From Auanema rhodensis (Eukaryota > Animalia > Nematoda), in the NCBI GenBank assembly GCA_964057225.1, contig OZ059896.1, forward strand, positions 10,788,001 to 10,852,000: 64,000 nt of DNA. The letters are read 5' to 3'. The position numbers and the translations under genes were made by a program. The notes under the pieces were generated by a model. It did not search any database and was not told the DNA's origin. It saw only the letters and a list, made by a program, of their open reading frames with translations. Shown piece by piece: positions 45,980 to 59,015 of the stretch. How positions within the stretch are numbered: the stretch's first letter is position 1; every line of letters begins with the position of its first letter.

Positions 45980-46261
45980 AATGTAGATTCAAGTTCTGAA
46001 AACAAGAAACAGTTAATAGCAATCACTTATTTTCAAAGAACATTCGAGAAAACATGTAAACTAGAATAAAAGTAAGCAAGCACCAGTGAATGGGAGTGTG
46101 AGATATTAAAATGATCAAGCAATACGAAGATAAAACAATGTTCGATGGAGAAATTGTAGGAAATGCTCATCTTCTGTGATCGCGAGGTTTTTAGCTTTAA
46201 GTGGCAACTTCTAACAGAATCCTTCAAAGGGCAGAGGAGGCGGAGCATACATTATTCGGCT

Positions 46262-46567
46262 ATGGCGTGATGGCACCACCCGACCAACGAGACGAATCAG
46301 ATAGAGTACAGGGTGTAGCCCATAAGATTAGAGAGTACAAGCAGTAATAGAGAAAAAAAGAAAAAAAGGATTTCAAAAGAGCAGAAATAGAAAATGAAAA
46401 GAATGAGGGAGAAGAGAAGGAATTTAATAAGAGCAGAGAAATAGTGGATAGGAACTGCAAAAAACGATGAGAGAAATGAATAAGTATGATGAAGCAGAAA
46501 GAGTTATGTTTGTATCAGATGTTTGCGTTGATCAAACGAATGATTTGCTCTGATCATCTGGGGTGAG
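46262..46567 (-). promoter_or_regulatory. Two SRE-like motifs (ATCACGCCAT at 46262-46271, CTCACCCCAG at 46558-46567) upstream of the desaturase
   Basis: Resemble the TCACNCCAC sterol response element; delta-9 desaturases are known SREBP/SBP-1 targets. Confidence 0.45.
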
Positions 46568-47687
46568 GTTGCAGAATTCAACCTAAATCAAAACATTTTT
46601 ATTTAGTATTGATATCTAAAAATTTTAATGTTATAACAAAATTAGTTGTCAATACAGTTTTATAATCGAGTTTTCTTTGTTGTAACATGTTTTTTTTCTA
46701 AAAACTATAAATGATTTAAGCTCTTAGACTCTTCAATTGAACAAGAAATTAAAACATAATTGAAAGAATGAAACCTTAATATGACCTACGTGTTCATGAG
46801 ATCATGAGACTAAAAACATGCCATCTACTGATATAGTTGAACTTTCAACTATGATGATGATGCTGATCATCATTATTAGAATATAAAATTATTATTTTTA
46901 TAAATATTTTGTCTTTTTTTACAAGAAAAAATAAAAAAAAACATAATATATGAAAAGGATATAATATTTGTGAAAGAATGAATTTGCAACGAATGCAGAT
47001 TCCTTATATACTCCATATTTTCTATCATTAGTTATCGAGTCAAAAGCATTAATAGGAGGAGTCAAGAAAATCTTGGTTACGATGTGTAGCTAGGCCACGT
47101 TATTTTGCTCGAACTGGACATACTTTTACTTTATACTTTGTACTCAAATATAGTATATGATGATGTTTTTCTTTGAAATGTCCCTGTTTTAGTGAAGTTA
47201 GTACAATAGAAGTGAAAAAGATGACTCATATACATCTTATTCCATTAAAGTTTTCTACCCCAACTCTTCATGTTGGAAATGACGTTATAGTAATTTTAAT
47301 GATTTTCTCATTGAACGTACACATTGTTCCTCTATTTGTGAACTGAGTTTATAGTGAAATAGAGTTTATCGAATGTTGTTAACCAAACATTTAGTAAGTA
47401 TATTGCTCAAAGAATAATCTCAATTTTTCTAGAATAGTCTGCAAAATAAAAAAAAATATGAGAAAGCATTTTTAATCTGAAAACATTGTGTAGCGGACAA
47501 TGCTGATAATGTCAAAGTGCGAGGTAAATGCTATACTGTCAAAACTGTGTTTACGTGTAATCATACAGTAATCCCAAGAAATATAGTTAAAAAAATATTT
47601 TTATTTTAATTATTATAAAAATAAAAATAAATTACTTATATACATAATAATTATATAAATGAATTAATTTCAAATTCAAATTTATAA

Positions 47688-50600
47688 TTATCTTTTCATA
47701 TGTCGAATTTTCTCTAACCATGACTTCTTTTCTGTTTTTTCCGGCTTCGTATGTACGGAGGCTATTTCGATCGGAGTACAAACAGCATAGGTGTTAGGTT
47801 CTTTTGCATCATTCAAATCTAATGTTCGTGTTCTTTCAATTATTTTTACTGTTTCTTGATTACGTTGACTATTCTCTAAAGTTCTCTAAAATTAAAATAA
47901 TTTAATATAATGAAAACATTTCTTTTACTTACCGCTTTCATTTGAGTTGTTGAAATGGATGGAGGACGTATTCGACTACCTTGGACAGGTTGAGACCTCT
48001 GTAAGCGTACACTTGGTTTGCTTTCTGACAACCGTTTCTCTTCTCGTTGTGAAAACTATAATATCGGCTAAATTTAGTATAAATTATGATTTACCAATAC
48101 TTTTCTATCTTCACGCTCTTTTACTAATTCATCTCGTAAACGTAGGACATCTTCTCGACGCTCCATTAGATTGCGTTCTTCATAACGACTTTCAGAACTA
48201 AATCCTCGTTCTAGTTTTCTACTTCGAATGGGCTGATCATTCAGTGAATCATGCACTTTAATAAATATTTTCTTATTTCCGGACTAATATCGAATGTATA
48301 TGCTTACATCTACTGGAGCATCGTTTTTCCGATGCAAAAACTCGACGAGCGCTTACAGGAGTTGAGTTCGGACTACGTACAGTATGCACATCTTGAAGTG
48401 AGCTGACCACCGATCGTAGATCACGTCCCCTGAAGGTTTAACTCGTGAAGATTAAAATTGCTTATATGTCACGTACTGAATATTATCATTATTGATATCT
48501 CGTTCTCGAACATATTTAATACTTCGACGATTTTCTTCAAAACGTGGCCATTTAACACCATCCTCTATTTCCACCAGACTAATTAGAAAAAATTTGTATA
48601 AGTAGTTAATCACAATTAATATGAAAACCTGATTGGGCGTCTGTCCGGACGATTGTTATAACTATTTTGATCATAAATGGGTGATAATTGCTTATTTCGT
48701 TGACGTCCTCCTGACATTTCTTTCATCATTAGTTCAATACGTGATGCTGGTAAAGCATAATTAGTTTGAGGATGTTTTTCTTGAGAAATTTGAGCTAAAA
48801 AGTTTGTTTTCCATTTACATATTAGGGTTTCATATTACAAACCTCGATTATTTGATCCAAATAATGATAAAAATTCATCTTCAATTGATTTATCTAAAAC
48901 ATCATCAACATTTTTTCTTTGAGCACGCCTCATATTTTCCACTCGAGATCCTTGTAATTTAAATGGAAGATAAAAATTAAATTCATTTCTAATCTGAATA
49001 AAGAATGAATTATTAATTATATTAATCATTAAGCTCAACTAATCGATCAGTATATGGTTCACCATGATATGATGCAGGACGCTTTCTTTTTCTTTTTTTA
49101 GTTTTCCAACCTATTCTTAACCTCTCAATCTGTAATATTTAATAAATATTAATGAATATAGTTTAATATAATAGTTTTACTAAATAATAATAATAATAAT
49201 AAAATTAATTAATATAGTTTTATTTCTACCTGTCCATGTGTAATCAGTAATGAAGTTTGTGTAGCTATTAATTCCATTTCAGCTTTATTAACTTCAGATG
49301 ATTTTTCAAGTACAGTCCATCTATATATAATAATAGTTAATTAAATATATTTTAAGTATTAAAATACCGTAATTCATTCAATTTTCGAACAATCCCACTT
49401 GTAAATGAATATAATGCTTCATATGATGGTAATGAATCTATTTTTCGACGTATACTAGTATCCATTGATCCGCATTCTAAATTCAAATATTATTAATTTT
49501 AGTTTTCAAAAATACAAAAAAACCTTTAAAACGTTCTTTAAGAAGAGCAAAATTTTCTTTTTGAATTTTATCCAATTGCTCTAAACATGTCTGATGTACA
49601 ACTCTTTCTTGTGCTGATTTATTTAAAATCTAAATAAAATATTTTTAAAATTATACAAATTATATATTTATATTTAATTTAAATATTTTTTTTATAAATA
49701 TCTTCTCAAGATCTATTGGTTAATGGTCAGTGAACCTATATCTATACATATAATGTATTAGTGAAAATGATTTTGATCAAAGGGCGAAGGTTCAACAACA
49801 ATTCGTAGCTGAACTATCAGACCATATGAAAGTACGTCAGCCATGTGTTTCTCTTCATTTAACATTCTATTTTCTCTGTCTTGGTCACCTGATAAAAGGT
49901 ATTCGGACAGTACGTCAGTATGTATGTACATCATATCTTGCAACAAGCATTTCTCTTTTGGAACTTTTATGTTTGGCATTATATTTAGTTATTCTTTTCT
50001 TTTTTTTTTCAAAATTTTAAATATTATAAATAAGTAAATAAGTAAATAAATAGATAAATACATACATACATACATATATACTATATATTTATATATTATA
50101 TATGTTTTAAGATTTACTTATCAAATTGATTTTAACACAAAAAAAAAACCTTTTGATGTTGATTAGCTGATTCAATTCTAGCTGCTTGCATACGACTATC
50201 TACTTTTCTCAAATTATCATCAATCTAAATAAATAAATAATATAATTAAATAAAAATAAATAATTTACCTTATCTAGAAATATCATAGAATTTTTAGTTA
50301 ATCGTTCATCTATTGTTAATTTATCTAATGCTTCATTATAAGTACATCGTTTAACAAGATGATCAGTCTTAAATTATATTATATAATTAATATTTATTAT
50401 AACTCAATTTTCTTTCTTATTTATATTCATATTTGTACTTATTTTCAATCATTTTCAATCACTGGTATCACTACTATACGTTTTTTTTGTTCTTAAACAA
50501 ATTTTTTCAAACTTCTTTACGAACACTTGTAGTAACATAATTCACAAAAATTACACTCGAAATACTTCTATTTTAAAAAAAATTTTTTCTCTCATTTACT

Positions 50601-52497
50601 GGATAACGTTTCATTTCACAATCCTATCTACACTTGAACTTCAATCTCTCATTACATTCAAAGAGAATCACTCTTACCTGTTGCTCTAAGCGATTTAGAT
50701 GTACTTGAAGCTTGCTGTTCTGCGAACTTTTTTCTCTTAACTGTTCAACTAATCGCTGGTTCCTGGTCTAAATTTGAAATAGATTATTATTTTTCTTATT
50801 ATTTATATCATCATTGGAATAAATAATGTAAATTGTTTTTTTATAAATTATAAAAATAACCTTTAATTCTTCAATTTCAGCAGCAAGTCCATCTTTTTCA
50901 TGACGTAATCGCTCTTCACGATCAACTCGTAACATTGCTTCTATAATTCAATATATATATGAAAATTATAAATTATTGAGTATTCTTCATGTTATACTTA
51001 TTGTTAATAAAATTTTCTTATGAATTTCTATACATACCGTTACTAGAATATGGATTATTTACACTTAAAAAGGAACTTGTTTGTCTTGCCCTCATATTAT
51101 CAGAATCTTCACTATCATCTCGAACATAGTAAGATGCTGGTCTGATAGACTAAAATAATTTTTAAATAAAACAATAAAATAATAATATAAGTTACTTTAT
51201 GATGTTGACGAGGTCGATGACTTTCTAAATTAAAAATAAATAACAGTATATATTATATATTAATAATAATAATATAATTTACCTGTTAAATCATTTTGTG
51301 ATACACGACGTTTTCTTTTTTTTAATGCTGGTTTTACAGGAGGTAAATGAGTAACTGATTGTTTTCCTCTTAATCCAAACATTTCTAAGAATGATAATCT
51401 ACTTGAAGCTGAAAATAATATTTTTTTCCAAATAAAACTAATTTATATTTAGAACATACTCATGCCTTCACTTGGATCTCTACTAGATGATGCTGAAGAT
51501 GGTGATGTACATTCACTAAGCGACATTTCACAACGACGTTGTGAATTTCGTCCTCGATGTTGTTGATCATAAGATGAATGATCATCCTTAAACAGTTTTT
51601 TTTCAATTTAAAGCTATAATTTTTAAATTATATGTATATAGTCTATATTATAATATTTATTTATTTTTATAAAAAAAATATACTAATACTCTTACCGAAA
51701 ATAAATTTTCATCTAAATCGCTATCACTCAATTCTGGTTGAACTAATGGTGGACCACGCGTTCTTGAATCTAATGACAAGTCAGTTGAGATGGATGATGC
51801 AGTCAAGCAATCCTGTTGTTACTATTTTGCACAAATATTGTTGTTGAAGAGTTTACCTTTCTAGGGGGTGTGCACATACGTTCTCTTGCTCCTAATCGAA
51901 CTTCGCTATTAGCTGGATGTTTTCGAAGTTTAGGAAGAAAATTAGTTCGATTATCAAATATAGCCGACATTCGTTGAACCATATTCTAAAACAAGAATGT
52001 TGTAATAGTTTGTTGTGAATATTCTTTTATATTTTTATTTGAAATTACTTACTTTTGTCCTGCTTGGACCAGGTGCAAGACGTGTTTTAAGCTGACGATT
52101 TTCATTCCTCAATGAACCAATTTCATCTACTAAACTGCATAATACGCCTTAAATTAAAAATTTACATATATACATGTTTTATAAAATAATAATAAAATAT
52201 ATTAATGTAGAAATCTAACTAAGTATAGGAGCTGGATCTTGTGGAATATCTTCTTCTTGTTCATTTTGTTGAATAGATTGTCGCATATCCTCCAGTTCAC
52301 GCATAAATTCTTCTTCTTCCGATTCATATCTAAAATAATATAAATTATTATATAAAAATAACATGTATATTTGCTATAAATCATAGAAAAATTTGTATTT
52401 ATTGTTATTTTATAAAAAAAAATAAATTATATTAAACTACAAACCTTCCAATAATATCTCGTACAGAATACGCACCAGTTACTGGTGATGAGGACAT
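47688..52497 (-). CDS. Uncharacterised multi-exon coiled-coil protein
   Basis: Exons splice in frame: MSSSPVTGAYSVRDIIGRYESEEEEFMRELEDMRQ..SLVDEIGSLRNENRQLK..LRHEKDGLAAEIEELKTRNQRLVEQLREK..LPSYEALYSFTSGIVRKLNELR..RPASYHG..KKSWLEKIRHMKR*. Family not recognised; an upstream alternative exon is possible. Confidence 0.7.
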
Positions 52498-54088
52498 GAT
52501 AGTATAAGTTAACTGATGGAATATCTTTATTTTTACTATGTTATATATTCATCTTAAACTTCTCTATCTTTCTTCATCTATAACTATGGTGTTATCGTTT
52601 TAGCCTATTGGTTGTATTGCAAATGAGCAACTGTCTATATAATTCTCTATATTTCCTTCTACTGACTTTCTAAGACAATCTCTCTTTCTTTAATGATCAT
52701 TTCACATATATCTTTTTTTCTTTATATCTCTTATAGTTTATTCTATATTTACTATGCTATTTCATTAACCATCTTTTTCTTATTTTGCTTCATCGTTGAC
52801 CCAGAGACCAATATGCAGTGCAATAGCATCAAAACATAAAAGATTTGGTGACAAGTGTAATAAATAAGTTGAAACCATCTCATCTTATCCTTATACTTCT
52901 CTTATCTCTCGTTTATTCACTATATATTAACTATATCTCTAGAAGCTTTCTATCCAATCTGTGTGATACGTAGCACTAATCGGAATTAAATCTCAAAATT
53001 GACATATTCTTTTTCAAATTTGTCGTTTTCAAAAGATGGAATAACAAATTATTCTTTGAAATGAGAACTTTTCATAATACAAATGAAACCAAAACAATTT
53101 GTTATAAATATTAATAATAAAATAATGAAAATAAGAAAATGAATGATTTTTTAATTTTCAATAATTTGCACTTATTTATAAAAATATATCGTTTAGCACG
53201 TTATCCCTTATTATTCTTTTCTCTTTTTTGTATAAATATCTACTTTCTTGTTCAGTCATGCTTGTCAGTGAGCAGCAGAAGAACCTAGAATCTGACATTA
53301 CTTGACGTAAAACAGAAAGCTTTTCCGGTTCCGGAAATGCACTGCTCTCGCATGGATGCGCAAGATATTCTTCGGCAAAAGACTTCATGAAATGGACCGT
53401 AAAATACGAATAACCTTCTCTCATCATTCCATAAATGAAGTAATTCTTGAAAAGGTAAAACAAAAAATGGGATGGATGATGATTGTCAAAGGAAAAGGAA
53501 GAGAAAACTGGAAGAGAAAATACATATATGGAAGATATGTCAGAAGAGAGTGCGAACAATGGGATTATGTATACGAGAAGAAGCACCGAAACTTCACACT
53601 TTTCAGCTTCATTTCAAATTATCTTGTCCAGTTCAGCCTCATATTTTCTATTTTAAATTCTAAAAAGTTTTTTTTTTTAAATTCCTCTTTCTTATACAAT
53701 TTAAATGATTTTGTTATGATTTCTAACAAATAGATATATATTATTATAAATATGTATGTATGTAAGTATCATCTGATTGAATAACTTTCTTTTCATACAA
53801 AGTTTTATAAAAAGATATTTGAACACATAATGAACTTTTAAAACATTATTCTTGCCAATCAAACTATTTTTACCATGAAATAATAGAAAATGCCAGTTAT
53901 CGATCATTAAGATTCAGAAGCCGGATACATGAAGTATAATAACAATCTGAAAAAATATTATATACTATATATATATAGATATGTATATATATATATATAC
54001 ATATATTCTTTAAATACTCTTAGATTTTACTAGTATATGCACTTGATTGTTTTCTCCACATGTGTCATTCTAAAAATCGTATTATAAC

Positions 54089-54092
<4 letters not shown>

Positions 54093-54126
<34 letters not shown>
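54093..54126. repeat. (TA)n microsatellite
   Basis: Direct dinucleotide run. Confidence 0.9.
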
Positions 54127-54130
<4 letters not shown>

Positions 54131-57100
54131 AAGTCATATAAGCAATTGAAAATCATAGACAAATAATAATCGGAAATGAATTGAATATCTTTAAAGAAAC
54201 TTTGAGAACAAGAATAAGAAAATTTTAAATATATTTACTATAAGTTTGTAATATATGTATCTATGTATGTATGTGTTCATACATATCCATATGCATATTT
54301 AGAAGATTTATAAGAAAATCATCTTCTTTTTTTTTTGAATAGAAATATTCATTTAAATACATAAAAACATATATATAAACTATATTTAACTATATAATAT
54401 AATATATGTTTTTTTTTTCAAAATATTTATTCATACATATGTATATATGCATATATCTATATGATATTCATTTTCTTTCGCTCCATCTTCTCAAATTCTC
54501 CAAAATCTACTTACAACTCTTGAGATATTTCTCATTTAAGTAGGCGTTAAAGTTTCCAATTTAAACCTTGTTCAACAAACTGAATTTGTTTGATTTCTGA
54601 AATGAGCCATGCTCCTCTGTTCAATGTTCCATTTCAAATTTTAATAGCTTTATAATGAATTATAAGTTTAAATAAATATTTTTAAATAAAATTCTTTATA
54701 TAATATTATAATTTATTAAATAATTATAAAATAATCTAACTGTTCCAAATATTTTTATTTAAAAAAAAATGAATTTGGATATAAATGATTTTCACGCAGA
54801 TATACATACATACATGTACATGTATATACATACACCCGGATCTATGATTTTCTCTTACAACTTAAATCCTCCACTAGAAACGATTACGTCACAAGCATTG
54901 ATGTAGGTTTTAAAAACCGAAAAAAGAAATATTTTTTGAGAAAAAGGTTTCTAAGAAGCAAGACCATACATTGTGTGTATATATAAGTACTCTTTGATTT
55001 TGAGAAACAATAATACTTCCTTATGTATTCAAATAATCTTTGAAATTTCTTTTTTATAAAATGAAGTTATTTAATTTCTTATTTATATTATATAATATTA
55101 ATTATTTGGCAATATTTGATTAATTAATTAGTTTGCCATTATAGAATCTTGAGCTCTACATAAGGTTAAGACTTTTCATGTTGTGAAAGTTCAATGTTTC
55201 TGTTCTTTCTTTCTCAATTCACCCTCTATGTTTTTATCTTTCTTTTCTTTTTTCTCTACATGTCTTATTCTCTTACTCCCTTACTCTCTCTCACTCTCTC
55301 TCTCACTCTCTCTACCTCTCTCTCTCTCTACCTCTCTCTCAACCTCCCTGTCAGAACATGTCTTTTACAATCTTTAGTTAAGGACAAAGTATATTAAGAG
55401 AACTAAGTTCAGTCACAACAAAAGACTATGGAAGACGTTCAAACTATTTTTTTTTCAAAACTCAATGTTGAAATCTAGGAGATATCTGATATATTTTCTG
55501 CTTGATGAACACCATACTATCTTATATAATTCTGCAATATATACGTTTCCTTTTGTTATTTTTACAAAAGATTTATATTTATTTATTGTTGCGTATAGTC
55601 TATTTAAAATTCAGAAAACAAAAATCTTTTAATTTTTCTGTCTATTATAATTGGAATGTTATTATTATTCGTTTTTTTTCTTAAATCAATTGTTGCATCA
55701 CATAAAATTTATATATTTTAATATTAATATATATATATATACTTTTTTTATATTTTATATAATATATTTATATATAAAATTATAAATTTATATGTTTTTA
55801 TCTCATTACATTAGTGTTTAAATACTTATTCTTTGAAAGTAAAAACATGAAAAACAACATTTACTTTATGACCTACTGCATAACCTTGTTGGGATATGAT
55901 ACAAGTTTTCAAGAATTTTAAATTTACCATAAAGCTATAGCATTGTGTGTGTGTGTGTGTGTTCCAAGTTTTCAATATGTATATTTATATAGAAATCTAT
56001 CTAACTATATAATATATTTCTAATATTTAAGATTAAGATGAAATATATATTTGTATAAAATTTTAAAATCGAAGAAAATTATTGTCTGATCTTTATTGAA
56101 ACAGCTAAAACATTTTTTTTTGTTTTCAATACTTTTCTTCTAAACTCCCACATGAGCTATTTGCCGATTTCCATTTGGTTCCTGACGGTTCTGAACAACT
56201 AATTTATTATTCAAAGCTAGATATGTATATATGTATCCTTTTTTTTTAAATATTTTTATCTCATTTTCACTTTGTATTTGCTTCAAATAATTATATATAT
56301 ATACATATATATATATGTATATACATAGTTTCATAAAAGGTAAATTTGTATATTTGTAATATACACATATAGTATATAGTATATTATACATAATTATCTA
56401 TTTAAATATAAATTAATAAATATTATTAATATGTTATATACTTACTTGTACATACTATAACATTTTATATTTATATTTAAACATTTTCTGTGGTTAACTT
56501 GTATTTTATATTAATTTTATGTGACGATCAGCAGAGTTCTTTCTTAAGTGGCTCAAGATTTTTGGCTCATTTTCTTATACCAAACTTCTCTTCTTTTTCT
56601 TTATTTCACTTTTTCGATTTTCTCCTTTTTTATTAATCTTTTCCTTCTACTTTTTCTTTCAATTTTTTCTTTTTCTTCTTCTCTTATATCTTAGTTGATC
56701 TATCTTCTGAAGCTTATCCAATAGCCCCCAGGAGAACAAGCATTTTTCTGATTCTAAGTTAAAGCTTTATCTTATTTAAATTCAACTTCAATACATGTAA
56801 AAGTTCATTTTCATAAATCAAACTTTATAAGAATTTTTGTCTTTGTAAACCATAAATGAAATATTTCAACAAAGATAGACATTCTTCATAAACAGTTTGC
56901 TCATCTATGTCTACACATATTATTAATATAATCAATAACTATATATTCTATACTATAAACTATATTATTATTATTATTATTTTAAATAATTTTATATAAT
57001 TTTGAATTAATTATTATTACAAAAGCTTCAAAAAATAACTTATTATACATCTAAAGAATTGATGTTGAATTTTGAAAAAAAAAGTTATGATCATTTTTTT

Positions 57101-59015
57101 TTTCAAATGATGTGGTCATCTTCTGTTTTCTGGTTATGATTCTATTTTTTCTTTTGTTTATCAAATCTTATTCATTACTATGAATGTTGTTATTCTTTCT
57201 TCTACTTTTGGTGGTACTCTTTCTCTTTACCCCACCCCCCACCACCTCTTTCCACTCCACTCCACTCCATTCTTTTGCCATCTATTTCGGCTCTCATGCT
57301 CATCCAATCTCCTCCTCATGTCAGAAGAACGTTTCTTGATCATACAGAAGTTTTTAGTTTTTAATTTATCCATTTTCTATTTGATCTCCAGGGACACGAT
57401 CAAATATCTCCCATATGGCTTTAACTTCTTCAGCATTTTTTTTCCTGAGACTTTGTCGTTCATCTTTAATTTTTCTCACAATATTTTTTGCATCATTCAA
57501 TATTTGCAAGAAATAAGGCTACATATTTGAAGTTTTAGTTTTTTGTAAGAAATAGTAAAATTTTACAAACAGCTTTGAACTTTTTTTTTCGTTTATTTTT
57601 AGAAAATACATAATTTTTTGCACTTAATTTGGATGACAATGACAAGAATATACGAGAAAACTTCCTTAAATACTGCATTGAAGTATTTACTTTCAGAGAT
57701 ATGAAACAATGTTTTATTTGTTTTTAAATATCTTTCAATAATAATTTCAATTTCTTTATTATTATAGTTCTTATATTTATTAATTGGATCTTGCTCTTCT
57801 TCTTCAAGAAACATATGAATGCTTAAACTCATGTTTATCTCAACATTCGTTTCCTTTCTATTTCATATATTCGTGATAAAGAGGATGAAAGCAATATGAA
57901 TAAAATACAACAAACTTTGAAAAGTGGATAAAAGCCTTGAATTGCCTACCCAATTTTCAGATAAAAAAGTGAGCAAAATTGGTTCTGGCTGTACTTAGTG
58001 CTCTCACATCGACATGGCATGAACTGGTGCACAAACTCACTCACAACCAGCCATTGAACGATTAATTTGCTCTAATTTTTCTATGTGCCTTGTCTCAAGT
58101 TCTTACTCCCTTTTTGATTGTTATGTCCAATTTTGACTAAGAGCTTCGTTCATTCAACCTTGACTGAACATTTAAAAATCTTATAGAAAAGAAATTTTTC
58201 CTATTAATCTGTTTTATACTTCATTTGTACATTCGATGTCTACTAAGAGACATATTACTATAACTATGTACACACTTTTTTTTTCGCCAAAAACGAAAGA
58301 GTATAGCACATCAGGCAAATAATTTTTTTTGTTGTTATATTTTCTTTTACTATACTATGTTATTTTAAATTCTTTAATTAACTATATATATATATAGACA
58401 TATAGACATATAGACATATAGACATTATTTAAATATTAAAATTATTTATAAGAATATATGAAATTTTAATTTAATTAAATGAGAAATCTTTTGCGGGTCA
58501 TCTTCTTACCTCGTTTTCATTTTCTGACATGTACATACATATCCAGATATTATGTATATCTGTATATACACATATATACTCCAATAATTTTATATAAAGC
58601 TAAATATCTACATATACATGTATATATCTATATATATATATAGATAAATAGATAGATTGATATATCTTGTACACATGTATATGAGCATGATGATGCAAGA
58701 TGTAATAGCATAGCCTATGTACCTTAACAATGAACAAAAAATTATAAAATCCATTTATTTTAGAAGATAGTATGTAAACAATTTCTTAAAATTTCTATTA
58801 ATTTACTTCCAGAAATTTATTCTTTTTCAAAATTATTCTTATAATTTTTCAAACTAATTGACAACTATTCATTAAAATTTTAATTTAACTATAACGTCAT
58901 CTTCTAATTATGAATATTTTTTTTTATTTTATTCTTTTTTGATTTAATATTTTCTTATAAATCTAATTATTTCATTTATTATTTCTTTATAAATAATTTT
59001 ATTCACATTTAAAGG

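Noticed and set aside
52500-59000. Numerous 60-136 aa ORFs in the AT-rich intergenic region
   Set aside because: Low-complexity F/I/Y/L/S-rich translations of AT-rich or microsatellite DNA with no splice-consistent structure, apart from the possible exon at 53200-53430.
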